Origin: an uncultured Opitutaceae bacterium
Lineage (GTDB): Bacteria; Verrucomicrobiota; Verrucomicrobiia; Opitutales; Opitutaceae
Assembly: GCA_947085115.1 (NCBI GenBank)
Contig: CAMTVF010000009.1
Coordinates: 51,787 to 115,786 of the forward strand
DNA: 64,000 nucleotides
Direction: 5' to 3'
Part shown: positions 37,683 through 48,594 of the stretch, in pieces
How positions within the stretch are numbered: the first letter of the stretch is position 1
How the letters are laid out: the number at the start of each line of letters is the position of its first letter
Notes under the pieces: model-generated
Told to the model about the DNA's origin: nothing
Database searches by the model: none
The model's input: only the letters and a program-made list of their open reading frames with translations
Program-made: the position numbers and the translations under genes

Positions 37683-39485
37683 ATGTCCGCCGAGAACACG
37701 CCACCGCCCGCGCCCGCCCCGAGCGATTTCATTCGCGACCTTGTCGCACAACACCTCGCGGAGAAGCGCTATTCGAAGATCGTCACCCGCTTCCCGCCTG
37801 AACCCAACGGCTACCTGCACATCGGCCACGCGAAGTCGATTTGCCTCAACTTTGGGATCGCTCGCGAGAACAACGGCCGGTGCAACCTGCGCTTCGACGA
37901 CACCAATCCGGCCAAGGAAGACGTCGAATATGTCGACTCGATCATCGCCGACGTGAAGTGGCTGATTGATGGCTGGGCCGACCACTGTCTTGGCTACAAG
38001 GCCAAGGGCAGCACCGCCGCCGCCATCATGAGCAACGGCAAGCCGGACTTCTACCTCGCCCCCGTCCCGGTGGCGCAGATCAGTTCCTCTCTCTCCGGGT
38101 CCAAGACCGAACCCTTCTTCGCGTCGGACTATTTCGAGCAGCTCTATTTCTACGCACTCGAACTCATCAAGCGCGGTCAGGCCTACGTCTGCGATCTCAA
38201 CGCCAAGGAAACCGAGGAATACCGCGGCGCGCCCGACAAGCCCGGCCGCGATTCCCCATTCCGTGGCCGCAGCGTCGCCGAGAACCTTGATCTGTTCCAG
38301 CGTATGCGCGCGGGTGAATTCCCGGATGCCGCCCGGACGCTTCGCGCCAAGATCGACATGGCCTCGCCCAACGTTTGGCTGCGCGACCCGTTGCTTTACC
38401 GCATCCGTCATGTCCCCCACCACCATGCGGGCGACAAGTGGTGCATCTATCCGCTTTATGACTACGCGCACTGCCTGAGCGATTACCTCGAAGGAATCAC
38501 CCACAGCATTTGCACGCTGGAGTTCGAGATGCACCGCGCGCTCTACGATTGGATTCTCGAAGCGCTCGAGCTGCCGCGCTTGCTTCCCAAGCAATACGAA
38601 TTCGCGAAGCTCATCCCGGGCTACACGCTTGTTTCGAAGCGCAAGTTGCTGACGCTGGTTAATGAACACGTGGTCAACGGCTGGGATGATCCCCGGATGG
38701 CAACCCTTTCCGGTTTGCGCCGTCGCGGCATTCCCGCCAGCGCCCTCCGGCGCTTTGTCACGAGCGTCGGCGTGACCAAATACGAAAGCGTCACCGACAT
38801 CGCCTTGTTCGAGCACGTGATTCGCGACGAGCTCAACACCCTCGCTATCCGCCGCCTCGCCGTGCTGAAGCCGATCCGGGTCGTGCTCACGAACATTCCC
38901 GCGAACGAGGTCATCCTCTGCGACGCGGTCAACAACCCGCAGGACCAGACGCCCACCACCCGCAAGCTCAGCCTCACCCGGGAAATCTTCATCGAGGCCG
39001 ATGACTTTGCCGAGGTGCCGCCGCCCAGATATTTCCGCCTCAAACCCGGCGGGGAAGTCCGTCTGAAATACGCCTGCCTCATCAAGTGCGAAGAGCTCAT
39101 TAAGGACGCCGCCGGTAATTTGCTCGAAGTCCACTGCACCGCCGATCTCACCACGCGAAAGGGCGAGCCCAATGCTGATCGCAAGGTCAAGGGCACCATT
39201 CATTGGGTCAGTGCCGTCAATTGCTTCGATGCCGAAGTGCGCCTCTATGATCGTCTTTTTACGGTGCCCGAGCCCGCCGCCGAGGAGGATTTCCTCAAGG
39301 TGGTGAATCCTCATTCCCTGGAAACCGTGACGGCCAAGATCGAGGCGTCGCTGGCGAGCACCAATGGCGGAGAACGTTTCCAGTTCGAACGCCTCGGCTA
39401 CTTCGTGCTCGATAAGAAGGATTCGCAGCCCGGCAAGCCGGTCTTCAATCGCACGATCTCGCTGCGCGACACTTGGGGCAAATAA
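37683..39485 (+). CDS. glnS: Glutamine--tRNA ligase
   Basis: TRFPPEPNGYLHIGHAK, RFDDTNP, THSICTLEF, VSKRKL, GWDDPRM, FQFERLGYF. Confidence 0.96.
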   Translation: MSAENTPPPAPAPSDFIRDLVAQHLAEKRYSKIVTRFPPEPNGYLHIGHAKSICLNFGIARENNGRCNLRFDDTNPAKEDVEYVDSIIADVKWLIDGWADHCLGYKAKGSTAAAIMSNGKPDFYLAPVPVAQISSSLSGSKTEPFFASDYFEQLYFYALELIKRGQAYVCDLNAKETEEYRGAPDKPGRDSPFRGRSVAENLDLFQRMRAGEFPDAARTLRAKIDMASPNVWLRDPLLYRIRHVPHHHAGDKWCIYPLYDYAHCLSDYLEGITHSICTLEFEMHRALYDWILEALELPRLLPKQYEFAKLIPGYTLVSKRKLLTLVNEHVVNGWDDPRMATLSGLRRRGIPASALRRFVTSVGVTKYESVTDIALFEHVIRDELNTLAIRRLAVLKPIRVVLTNIPANEVILCDAVNNPQDQTPTTRKLSLTREIFIEADDFAEVPPPRYFRLKPGGEVRLKYACLIKCEELIKDAAGNLLEVHCTADLTTRKGEPNADRKVKGTIHWVSAVNCFDAEVRLYDRLFTVPEPAAEEDFLKVVNPHSLETVTAKIEASLASTNGGERFQFERLGYFVLDKKDSQPGKPVFNRTISLRDTWGK

Positions 39486-39521
39486 CCTGCGGGTTTCGCA
39501 ATCCCGACCATATCCGTCTCC

Positions 39522-40277
39522 ATGGATTTTCCAGTGCTCACCCCGGTCGAAATCCGCGTTGTCGGCGCGCTCGTGGAAAAGGAGCTCACCACTCCGGAAT
39601 ACTACCCGCAGTCGCTGAACGCGGTGACCAACGCTTGCAACCAGATCAACAATCGCGACCCGGTGGTTTCTTATCGGGAGAGCGACGTCAATCGCGCGCT
39701 GGAGTCTCTCCGCGACAAGCACCTCGCCTTTGTGACAAGCGGCGGCACCAGTCGCGTGCTGAAATTCGGTCACAAGCTTGCGGGAACGCCCCGTCTCTCA
39801 CCGCCCGAAGTCGCCGCCCTTTGCGTGCTGATGTTGCGTGGTCCGCAAACCGTCGGCGAGATTCGCAACCGCAGCGGAAGACTGCATGTGTTTGCCGATC
39901 TGGCCGCCGTGCAAGCAACGCTCGCCGATCTCGGCGCGCGTTCTTCGCCGCTTGTCAGTTGCCTGCCCCGCCAACCCGGAACAAAGGAATCGCGCTACGC
40001 GCATCTGCTCGCGGGCGAGGTTGCATCAGCGCCCGTCGACGTCGCCACTGAACCCGCCCGGGAAGAGATGATCGCCCCACTTGACCGAGTCGCGACGTTG
40101 GAGACCGACGTCGCCACCCTGCGCAACGAGGTTGCCGAACTGCGCAAGAAACTCGCCGGCTTTCGCCAGCAATTTGACCAGGTCTCGACCCGTCGCTGGT
40201 CGCTTAAGCGACGGCCGCAAAACGCAACAGGCGAGCCAGCGTGCGATCACGACCGAGCACGCGGAAGATGCTCGTGA
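39522..40277 (+). CDS. YceH/DUF480 family protein (C-terminus possibly extended by stop loss)
   Basis: [25 protein letters not shown]...RDPV; [13 protein letters not shown]; ESRYAHLL; overlaps gltX by 74 nt. Confidence 0.88.
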   Translation: MDFPVLTPVEIRVVGALVEKELTTPEYYPQSLNAVTNACNQINNRDPVVSYRESDVNRALESLRDKHLAFVTSGGTSRVLKFGHKLAGTPRLSPPEVAALCVLMLRGPQTVGEIRNRSGRLHVFADLAAVQATLADLGARSSPLVSCLPRQPGTKESRYAHLLAGEVASAPVDVATEPAREEMIAPLDRVATLETDVATLRNEVAELRKKLAGFRQQFDQVSTRRWSLKRRPQNATGEPACDHDRARGRCS

Positions 40278-41598
40278 TGCTGGGGCCGGCATTCGTGCCG
40301 GTGACGGCGAGGCGCGCGACGGCCTGGTAGTCGCCGAAACCAAGGCCGTTGCCCTCCGCGAGCAACTTGATCGCCGACTCAATGGCGGCGTCGCTCGCGA
40401 AATCCATGGCGGGCAGCGCCGCCATCAGCTCGTGCAGCCGCGCCTTCGGGTCGCCCTTGCCCAGCACCTTGGCCCTCACCTTTTCGTCCATGGGAAAATC
40501 CTCGGCAAAGAAATAGGCCGTGTAGGCGGCAAGTTCGTCGATCGACTTTATCTTCGGCTGCGCGAGCAGCATGATCTCCCGGAAATACGCCCCGTCGGCC
40601 AGCGCTGCCGCACCGCCCGGTTGCTTTGAGAAATAGTCCGCCGCAAGCGCCACGAACCGGTCTGCCGGCTGTTCGAGCAGGTAAACCATGTTCATGTGCG
40701 CGAGTTTTTTTGAATCGAACTTTGCGTTGCTTTGGTTGATCGCCGGGAGGTCGAACAGCCGCACTGTCTCGGCGAGGGGCATCTTCTCGCGGTCGTCACC
40801 CGGGTTCCAGCCGAGCAGCGCGAGGTAGTTCACCAGCGCCTCGGGCAGGAAATGCCTCTGCCGGTATTCCTCGATAAGCGCGCCCTTGTCGCGCTTGCTC
40901 ATCTTCCCCTGCCCCATCCCGGGCGATTTGAGGATGAGCGGGAGGTGCGCGAACGCCGGCAGCGTGACCCCGAATCCCTCATAGAGCCGGATGTGCTTGC
41001 TGGTGTTCGAAAGGTGGTCTTCGCCGCGGATGATGTGGGTGACCTTCATTTCGATATCGTCGACGACATTGACGAAATGGAACACAGGATTCCCGTCGGA
41101 GCGGAAGATCACGAAATCCTCGTCCTCGGCGCGTTCAACCCGGCCGCGAATCTTGTCGTCGATGACGACCGGGTCGCTTTTCACCTTCTCGACCTCCTTC
41201 TTCCGGTGTTCGTCGAACACGGTGTAGCGTTCGCCAAGCTGCTTGAACCAGATCGCGCCGTCCTTCTCGTAGGCGCGGCCGGCATTCTGCAACTGCTCAA
41301 GGTATAGCTTGTAGACATCCGCACGCTGACTCTGCCGATAGGGGCCGTAGTCTCCTCGTTCGCCAATCCCATTTGCATTTGGACCTTCATCCCAGTCCAT
41401 GCCCAGCCACGTCAGACTGTCGTAAATTAGACGCAGGAATTCTTCGCTGTCGCGGGCTTGGTCCGTGTCCTCAATCCGCAAAATAAACGTGCCGCCCGTA
41501 TGGCGGGCATAGAGCCAGTTGAACAAGGCCGTGCGGGCACTGCCGATATGAAAGAAGCCAGTGGGACTGGGAGCGAAGCGGACGCGAACCGGAGACAT
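40204..41598 (-). CDS. gltX: Glutamate--tRNA ligase
   Basis: [39 protein letters not shown]. Confidence 0.95.
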   Translation of the reverse strand: MSPVRVRFAPSPTGFFHIGSARTALFNWLYARHTGGTFILRIEDTDQARDSEEFLRLIYDSLTWLGMDWDEGPNANGIGERGDYGPYRQSQRADVYKLYLEQLQNAGRAYEKDGAIWFKQLGERYTVFDEHRKKEVEKVKSDPVVIDDKIRGRVERAEDEDFVIFRSDGNPVFHFVNVVDDIEMKVTHIIRGEDHLSNTSKHIRLYEGFGVTLPAFAHLPLILKSPGMGQGKMSKRDKGALIEEYRQRHFLPEALVNYLALLGWNPGDDREKMPLAETVRLFDLPAINQSNAKFDSKKLAHMNMVYLLEQPADRFVALAADYFSKQPGGAAALADGAYFREIMLLAQPKIKSIDELAAYTAYFFAEDFPMDEKVRAKVLGKGDPKARLHELMAALPAMDFASDAAIESAIKLLAEGNGLGFGDYQAVARLAVTGTNAGPSITSIFRVLGRDRTLARLLRFAAVA

Positions 41599-41701
41599 GA
41601 TGCCTAGAGAGAATCATCGAACAACCGGAGCCAAGGCAATTGATGCGAAGGGTTCCTTGTGCTTTGGGTGATACTGGGCAGGTTTTCCCCACTTTCCGCC
41701 A

Positions 41702-42457
41702 ATGGCCTCCTCTGCTTCTCCCCTCGATCCCTCGAAGTTCTGCCACGAGTTCGACAGGGCGGCGCATGCGGCGGGATTCTCCTCCGACCTGTTCGGCAAG
41801 GTCGCTGGAAACCCCTTGCGGGCCTACATGAAGCGTGCCTCAACCCTTGTCCCTTCGATCTGCCTGTCGGCCGGGGATCCACGGCGACGAGCCGGCTCCG
41901 CCGCAAGCGTTGTTGCGGCTCCTGCAACAGGGATTCTTCGATGCTCAGGCTAGTTGGACCATTTGCCCTTTGCTAAATCCCACGGGAATGGCACGCGGCA
42001 CGCGGGAAAACGCCGCCGGTATCGACCTCAACCGCGACTACAAGCAACCGGTGACTCCCGAGATTCGCGCCCACGTCGGGTGGCTACAGCGGCAGGCGCA
42101 GTTCGCGGCAGTGTTTTGCCTCCATGAGGACTACGAGGCCAATGGATTCTATCTCTACGAACTCAATCCCGAGCGCCGACCGACGGTGGCCGATGCCGCA
42201 CTGGCGGCCGTTGCGCCCCTTTGCCCGATGCGGTCATTGATGGACGCGAAGCGGCCGCGCCAGGAATCATCCGTCCCATCGGGGACCCTTTGCTCCGCGA
42301 CAATTGGCCCGAGGCGATTTACCTCCGTCACCATCACATGACGCTTTCCTACACCCTCGAGACGCCCTCCACACGACCGCTTGAGCAACGGATTGCCAGC
42401 CCTTGTGCGGCGATTTGTGCTGCGGTTGGGATTCTCACGCGGGAAACAGCGCGCTAG
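41702..42457 (+). pseudogene. Frameshifted M14-family zinc carboxypeptidase (MpaA/AstE-like)
   Basis: Three ORF pieces join as ...LSAG|IHGDEP...NRDY...CLHED...LCP|DAVIDG...TLETPS; +1 shift at the G4 run 41873-41876 and a second shift near 42225. Confidence 0.8.
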
Positions 42458-43386
42458 GTTTTAGATTCCGGCGAAGCGACCGCTCCTGCATCAGGGGAAG
42501 CGACCGCGCCCCACGGTTTTGGCTTGGGCAATTTCAGGGCGACAAAACGGTCGATCAATTCTTGTGCCTCTGTCCGGTTCAGGTCCATGCGCCGTTCAGC
42601 AAAATTCGCGAGATCCAGTGGCCAAGGTGCGGTGAGCAGATAATCCAAGCCTGTCGCCCGCAGGTCGATCGCAGCACAGTGCAAGGCTTGGCGCGTCAGC
42701 GGCAGCAATTGGCTGTGGCGCGCGGTCCAGCCATGGATCGCGAACTCCAAATAGAGCGTTGAATCCGGACCATAGAGCTTGTCGCCGACGATGCATCGAC
42801 CGAACCATTCGGCATGCGCGCGAATTTGGTGTTTTCGTCCCGTCACCAATTCAACCCCGACCAGCGTAAATCCATTCTTCGCCGCCAGCGGATGAAAAAC
42901 TGTCGTCGCCTCTTGCGCGCCTGCCGTTCCGGCTGCAACGACCCGCTGTTTCACCGTCACATTGGCGGTGGGATCAGGTCCGAGCGCCTGCTCAATCCGC
43001 ACCGGTTCAGTCAACTCACCCTCCAAGAGCGCGACATAAACTTTCCCCAGCATCCGCTTGGCGACCGCCTTTCCGAGGCGGCTGCCCGTCGCCTCGTCTT
43101 TGGCAAGCATTATCACTCCAGAAGTCTCGCGATCGAGCCGATAGATAAACCGGATGGTTTGCAGTCCCAACCCCTCTCTTATCGCACCCGCCAGGCTCGA
43201 CCACGGACCGTTCTTGGACGGATGCACCACGAGCCAGCCGGGTTTGTCGATGACAAGCAACTTGTTGTCCTCAAATGTCACCCAGCCCGGCAGGTCCAAC
43301 GGGTTGACCAGCGGAGCTTCCGCCGGCGGAATGTTTTCAGGCAGGGATGCGCTCACAGAGAATCGTTCAAAATTATTTTTGCCCAA
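42454..43386 (-). CDS. RluA-family pseudouridine synthase
   Basis: DKPGWLVVHP, YRLDRETSG, TGRKHQIRAH, IVGDKLYG, QALHC. Start uncertain. Confidence 0.92.
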   Translation of the reverse strand: MGKNNFERFSVSASLPENIPPAEAPLVNPLDLPGWVTFEDNKLLVIDKPGWLVVHPSKNGPWSSLAGAIREGLGLQTIRFIYRLDRETSGVIMLAKDEATGSRLGKAVAKRMLGKVYVALLEGELTEPVRIEQALGPDPTANVTVKQRVVAAGTAGAQEATTVFHPLAAKNGFTLVGVELVTGRKHQIRAHAEWFGRCIVGDKLYGPDSTLYLEFAIHGWTARHSQLLPLTRQALHCAAIDLRATGLDYLLTAPWPLDLANFAERRMDLNRTEAQELIDRFVALKLPKPKPWGAVASPDAGAVASPESKT

Positions 43387-43551
43387 ATTGGGCCGAGAAG
43401 GGTTGCCAACTTTAGCCCGGCGAATAATCGTTCGGGTGTCGAATGAAGAACTTTCCTCCCACCGGAAAGAGCGGGCAGCCCGAGAGGCAGCCGCGGCGGT
43501 ATCCCCTTGGTTTCTTAACGGGCAGCGTCATGCACTTTCCCTTAACCCAAA

Positions 43552-43938
43552 ATGACAAATATGAATAACCCGAATCCATCCCACGAAGTCATCATCTCCG
43601 GTATCCATCTCGATCTCACACCTTCCCTGAAATTCTACGTGCACGAGAAGATGGAGCGATTATTTCGACATGATGAGCGTATCGTGCGGATCCGGGTGGA
43701 CCTCGAATGCGACTCGAAGCACGACAAGCTGCACAAGTTCATTGCCAAGGCGACGCTCCAGCTTCGGGGACCAGACATTGTTGCCACCGCCGTCTCCGAG
43801 GAGTGCCACAAGTCCGTCGATCTGCTCGTCGACAAGCTTGATCATGTGTTGCACAAGCGCCACGGCATCGCGAAGGGCAAGCGGAATCACCCCCACGCCA
43901 TCGAATGGGATGACGTGGCGCTGCCAAAAGCGATCTAG
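43552..43938 (+). CDS. hpf: Ribosome hibernation factor HPF/RaiA
   Basis: IISGIHLDLTPSLKFYVHEK; KSVDLLVDKLD. Start 43552 or 43561. Confidence 0.9.
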   Translation: MTNMNNPNPSHEVIISGIHLDLTPSLKFYVHEKMERLFRHDERIVRIRVDLECDSKHDKLHKFIAKATLQLRGPDIVATAVSEECHKSVDLLVDKLDHVLHKRHGIAKGKRNHPHAIEWDDVALPKAI

Positions 43939-43965
43939 CTCATTTTCAAGTTTCCAGTTGCACCG

Positions 43966-43992
43966 GGCCCGCTACAGGCGGGCCTATTTCTT
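43966..43992 (+). terminator. Intrinsic terminator after hpf
   Basis: GGCCCGC-tacag-GCGGGCC-TATTTCTT. Confidence 0.7.
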
Positions 43993-44112
43993 GGCCGCTA
44001 CTGATGGACAGGCGAAGGAACAAGGCCCCCCCGGACTGACCCGCCGGCATCTCGTCACCCTGTCCATTGTAGAAAAGCCTATCTCCTTGAACAAATCAGT
44101 CTGGAGCAATCC

Positions 44113-45681
44113 ATGACACCCGTTACACTGAGTGTTCCCTTGCCTATGCGTCCCTACCTTCTCGACGGAAAGAACCTGACTCTCGTTCGCATCCGTAAAA
44201 TCGTGGCAAGTCGCCAGCCGATTGCGCTCAGTCCAAGCGCCCGCCGTCGCATGAAAGCCTCCCGGGCGATCGTCGATCGCCTGCATAACGATCCAACTCC
44301 CCACTACGGCATCAACACGGGCTTCGGCATCTTGGCCCACAAACGGGTGCCCACGGCCGATATCGAGAAGCTGCAGGAAAATCTCGTGCTCAGTCACGCC
44401 GTAGGTGTGGGCGATGAGGTCCCTGCCGAAATCGTGCGCCTGATGCTCCTGCTCAAGGTGAACGGCCTCGCCGTCGGTATGTCCGGCGTGACGCTGCAGT
44501 TGGTCGAACACCTCATTCGGCTCTACAATGAAGATGCCCTTCCCATCATCTACACCAAGGGTTCGCTCGGGGCTTCGGGTGATTTGGCGCCACTCGCGCA
44601 CCTCGTGCTGCCCGTGCTCGGTCTCGGCAAGATGGACTATCAGGGCAAGCGCCAGTCAGCGAAGTTAGTGCTCCGGAAAATCGGCCTCACTCCCCTCAGG
44701 CTCCGCTCCAAGGAAGGCCTCGGGTTGATCAATGGCACGCAATTCATGTCGGCCTACGCCGTCCATTGTCTGCTCCGGATCGAGAACGTCTGCAAAACCG
44801 CCGACATCGCCGCGGCGACGACCCTCGAAGCTGCCCGAGGCAGCGCAGCGCCTTTCGACGCCCGAATCCACGACGCGCGGCCCCACCCCGGCCAGAGGGA
44901 TGTCGCCGGAAATCTGCGCACCCTGCTGCGCGGTTCCGAGATTCTCCCGTCGCACGCCGATTGTGAAAAGGTGCAGGACCCCTACTCGCTGCGTTGCGTG
45001 CCCCAAGTGCATGGAGCCGTGCGTCTCGCCGTCACCCATGCCCGCGAGGTGGTCGAGACCGAAATCAATTCCGCGACGGACAATCCCCTCGTGTTCGAAA
45101 ACGGTGACGTGATCAGCGGCGGCAACTTTCACGGCGAGCCCTTGGCCTTCGTGCTCGACTACCTTGCCATCGCCACCGCCGAAATCGCCTCCATTTCCGA
45201 ACGCCGCATCTACATGCTGCTCCACGGAGACACGATCGGGGACCTCAAGGTGCCGCGGTTGCTGATGAAGGACACGGGGCTCAATTCCGGATTCATGATT
45301 CCGCAATACACCGCGGCCGCACTCGTCTCCGAAAACAAAATCTTCGCCCATCCCGCCTCGGTTGACTCGATTCCCTCATCGCTTGGTCAGGAAGATCACG
45401 TTTCGATGGGTTCGATCAGCGCCACGAAGCTGCTCGAAGTCGTGAAGAACACGGAAACCGTGCTCGCGATTGAATTCATGTGCTCCGCCCAAGGCCTGGA
45501 ATTTCACCGTCCACTCAAATCGGGTCGCGGAGTCGAGGCCGCCTTCGACGAGATCCGGCGCGTGGTGCCATTCGCCCAAGCTGATCGACTCTTCCACGAC
45601 GATGTGCAATCAGCCCTCACGCTCATGCGCAGCGGCAAGGTCGTCACAGCGGCCGAGCGGGCCGCCGGTATGCTTCTCTAA
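44113..45681 (+). CDS. hutH: Histidine ammonia-lyase
   Basis: YGINTGFG; MIO motif GASGDLAPL; QDPYSLRC; GGNFHG; QEDHVSMG. Start may be 44146. Confidence 0.96.
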   Translation: MTPVTLSVPLPMRPYLLDGKNLTLVRIRKIVASRQPIALSPSARRRMKASRAIVDRLHNDPTPHYGINTGFGILAHKRVPTADIEKLQENLVLSHAVGVGDEVPAEIVRLMLLLKVNGLAVGMSGVTLQLVEHLIRLYNEDALPIIYTKGSLGASGDLAPLAHLVLPVLGLGKMDYQGKRQSAKLVLRKIGLTPLRLRSKEGLGLINGTQFMSAYAVHCLLRIENVCKTADIAAATTLEAARGSAAPFDARIHDARPHPGQRDVAGNLRTLLRGSEILPSHADCEKVQDPYSLRCVPQVHGAVRLAVTHAREVVETEINSATDNPLVFENGDVISGGNFHGEPLAFVLDYLAIATAEIASISERRIYMLLHGDTIGDLKVPRLLMKDTGLNSGFMIPQYTAAALVSENKIFAHPASVDSIPSSLGQEDHVSMGSISATKLLEVVKNTETVLAIEFMCSAQGLEFHRPLKSGRGVEAAFDEIRRVVPFAQADRLFHDDVQSALTLMRSGKVVTAAERAAGMLL

Positions 45682-45698
45682 CCAAAACCTATCCTGTC

Positions 45699-47384
45699 AT
45701 GATTCGTGCGAAATCCAAATCTTCCCCCTCCAAAGCCCGTCCCGTGCGCGCCCCGCGGGGAACGAACCTCACCTGCCAGACCTGGGCGGCGGAAGCCGCG
45801 ATGCGCATGTTGATGAACAACCTCGACCCCGAGGTGGCCGAGCGGCCGAACGATCTGGTGGTTTACGGCGGGCGGGGCAAAGCCGCGCGCAATTGGGCGA
45901 GTTTCGACGCCATCATCGCCACGCTGCGCAAACTTGCGCCGGACGAAACGCTTCTCGTGCAGTCCGGCAAGCCGGTCGGCGTTGTCCGCACGCATCCCGA
46001 TGCCCCGCGCGTCTTGCTCGCCAACAGCAATCTCGTGCCGAAGTGGGCCACGCAGGAAATCTTCGACGACTTCGAAAAACGCGGCCTGATGATGTATGGG
46101 CAGATGACGGCCGGTTCCTGGATCTACATCGGCACGCAGGGCATTCTCCAAGGCACCTACGAGACCTTTGCCGAAGCCGGCCGTCAACATTTCGGTGGAA
46201 ACCTTGCGGGGCGTCTCTGCGTCACAGGCGGCTGCGGCGGCATGGGCGGCGCCCAACCTCTCGCAATCACGATGGCCGAGGGCACTTGCTTGATCGCCGA
46301 CGTCGACAAGTCCCGCCTGCAAAAACGAAGGCATGACCGCTATCTTGACGAGATCGCCCCGTCCCTCGATGAAGCGATCGACCGGGCCGTTTTTTGCGCC
46401 AAGCAAAAAGAAGCCCGCAGCATCGGCGTCGTGGCAAACGTCGTCGATCTGCTCGAGCGCCTCATCGCCCGGAAAGTTTCGGTCGATGTATTGACCGACC
46501 AGACGAGCGCGCATGATCCGCTCGTTGGCTACGTGCCCGTCGGCTACGATCTCAAGGCGGCGGCGATCCTGCGGAAGAAGGATCCGAAGAAATATCAAAG
46601 GCGCTCCCTCTCCACGATGGCGCAACACGTCAGGGCGATGCTCGTCCTGCAGCGGCGCGGCGCGAAGACCTTTGATTACGGCAACAACCTCCGCCAGCAC
46701 GCGCTCAATCAGGGTGTGAAGCGGGCCTGCGATTTTCCCGGCTTTGTCCCCGCCTACATTCGTCCGCAGTTTTGCCTCGGGCGCGGACCCTTCCGCTGGG
46801 TCGCGCTCTCGGGTGATCCGGAGGATATCGCGGCCACCGACCGGGCTATCATGGAACTGTTTCCGCAGGACGCCGCCCTGCACCGGTGGCTGAAGATGGC
46901 CAGCGAACGCGTCGCTTTTCAAGGGCTGCCCGCGCGCATCTGCTGGCTTGGCCTCGGCGAGCGCCACCGCGCCGGATTGCTCTTTAACCAGATGGTGGCC
47001 GATGGCCGCGTGAAGGCACCCCTCGTCATTGGGCGCGATCACCTCGACTGCGGCTCGGTTGCCAGTCCGAATCGCGAAACAGAGGCGATGAAGGACGGCT
47101 CTGACGCAATCAGTGATTGGCCCCTGCTCAACGCGATGGTGAACATCGCCAGTGGCGCGTCGTGGGTCAGCTTCCATCACGGTGGCGGCGTGGGCATCGG
47201 CTACAGCCAACACGCCGGGCAAGTCATCGTCGCGGACGGCACTCCCGAGGCCGCCAAACGACTGGAACGCGTGCTTACCAACGATCCCATGATGGGCGTA
47301 TTTCGCCACGCCGACGCGGGCTACGAACTCGCGCAGCAGTGCGCCAGCGATCTCAAGGTCCCGATCCCGATGAGGAATTGGTAA
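45699..47384 (+). CDS. hutU: Urocanate hydratase
   Basis: [40 protein letters not shown]. Confidence 0.97.
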   Translation: MIRAKSKSSPSKARPVRAPRGTNLTCQTWAAEAAMRMLMNNLDPEVAERPNDLVVYGGRGKAARNWASFDAIIATLRKLAPDETLLVQSGKPVGVVRTHPDAPRVLLANSNLVPKWATQEIFDDFEKRGLMMYGQMTAGSWIYIGTQGILQGTYETFAEAGRQHFGGNLAGRLCVTGGCGGMGGAQPLAITMAEGTCLIADVDKSRLQKRRHDRYLDEIAPSLDEAIDRAVFCAKQKEARSIGVVANVVDLLERLIARKVSVDVLTDQTSAHDPLVGYVPVGYDLKAAAILRKKDPKKYQRRSLSTMAQHVRAMLVLQRRGAKTFDYGNNLRQHALNQGVKRACDFPGFVPAYIRPQFCLGRGPFRWVALSGDPEDIAATDRAIMELFPQDAALHRWLKMASERVAFQGLPARICWLGLGERHRAGLLFNQMVADGRVKAPLVIGRDHLDCGSVASPNRETEAMKDGSDAISDWPLLNAMVNIASGASWVSFHHGGGVGIGYSQHAGQVIVADGTPEAAKRLERVLTNDPMMGVFRHADAGYELAQQCASDLKVPIPMRNW

Positions 47385-47388
47385 CGCC

Positions 47389-48594
47389 ATGGCTCTTCAT
47401 ATTCGCAACGCCCGTATTCTCACTTTGGCCGGACCGCCCGGAGCGCGCCGCTCCGCCGCATTGCGCGAACTCGCGGTCATTCCCCACGGGGAAGTGCTCA
47501 CCATCGATGATCGCATCACGGCCATCGGAGAAAAAGTCGACGCCCCTGCAGGGGCCGAAGTCATCGACGCCAACGGGCGCGTGCTCATGCCCGGATTCGT
47601 GGATTGTCACACGCACGCCTGCTGGGCCGGCGAGCGACTCGACGAATGGGAAAAGAAACTCAACGGCGTCCCCTATCTCGACATTCTCAAGGCCGGTGGC
47701 GGCATTCACTCGACTGTTCGCGCCGTGCGGGAGGCGACCCAGAAGCAGCTCGCCGCTTCCTTGCGGGAGCGCCTCGGGCGGATGCTCGTGGCTGGCACCA
47801 CCACCGTGGAGGTGAAGAGCGGCTATGGCCTGAACACGGAGACGGAGCTCAAGATGTTGCGCGCCATCCGGCGAGCGGCGAGCGACTGGCCCGGCACCGT
47901 GGTGGGCACCGCGTTGCTTGGCCACGCCGTCGAAGGCAACTTGGACGACTATTCGCGCATGGTGGTGAAGGAAATGCTTGCCGAGGTGTCGCGCGAGTTT
48001 CCGGACATCGCCGTCGATGCGTTCTGCGAAAAAGAGGCGTGGTCCGTCGAGGCCTGCGTGCGGTTGTTTGAAAAGGCCCGCAAGCATCACTCGATCCGCG
48101 TGCATGCCGATCAGTTCAATTCATTGGGGATGATCCCGGAGGCGATTCGGCTCCACGCACGCAGTGTCGATCACCTCGAGGCATCGACCAAGGCGGACCT
48201 CATTGCCCTCGCCGCCTCGGAGACTTTCGGCGTCATCTTGCCCGCCACCGGTTTCCATACCGACCAACGATTCGCGAAAGCCGGGTTCTTCGCCGACAAG
48301 GGCGGTGCCCTCGCTCTGGCGACCAACTGCAATCCCGGTTCGGCGCCGACGCATTCGATGCCCTTCGCCATCGCGCTCGCGGTGCGCTTTTGCGGGTTGC
48401 TGCCCGCCGAGGCCATTGTGGCCGCAACCATTAACCCCGCCATCCTGCTGGGCTACACGGATCGGGGCAGCATCGAAGTCGGCAAGCGCGCCGACATGAT
48501 TCTTCTACACCACAAGGACGAGCGGCAGCTCGCCTACGAGCTCGGGGGCAATCCGGTTGAGATCGTGATCTGCAACGGTCAGCGCTTGGCCTAG
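47389..48594 (+). CDS. hutI: Imidazolonepropionase
   Basis: PGFVDCHTH, GGGIHSTV, EVKSGYGL, DAFCE, HADQ, SVDHLE, NPGSAP. Confidence 0.94.
   Translation: MALHIRNARILTLAGPPGARRSAALRELAVIPHGEVLTIDDRITAIGEKVDAPAGAEVIDANGRVLMPGFVDCHTHACWAGERLDEWEKKLNGVPYLDILKAGGGIHSTVRAVREATQKQLAASLRERLGRMLVAGTTTVEVKSGYGLNTETELKMLRAIRRAASDWPGTVVGTALLGHAVEGNLDDYSRMVVKEMLAEVSREFPDIAVDAFCEKEAWSVEACVRLFEKARKHHSIRVHADQFNSLGMIPEAIRLHARSVDHLEASTKADLIALAASETFGVILPATGFHTDQRFAKAGFFADKGGALALATNCNPGSAPTHSMPFAIALAVRFCGLLPAEAIVAATINPAILLGYTDRGSIEVGKRADMILLHHKDERQLAYELGGNPVEIVICNGQRLA

Noticed and set aside
37982-38000. HCLGYK peptide in GlnRS resembling the CNLLG(Y/D)K palindrome peptide
   Set aside because: The DNA (CACTGTCTTGGCTACAAG) is not palindromic and lacks the TAWTA core; probably coincidence.
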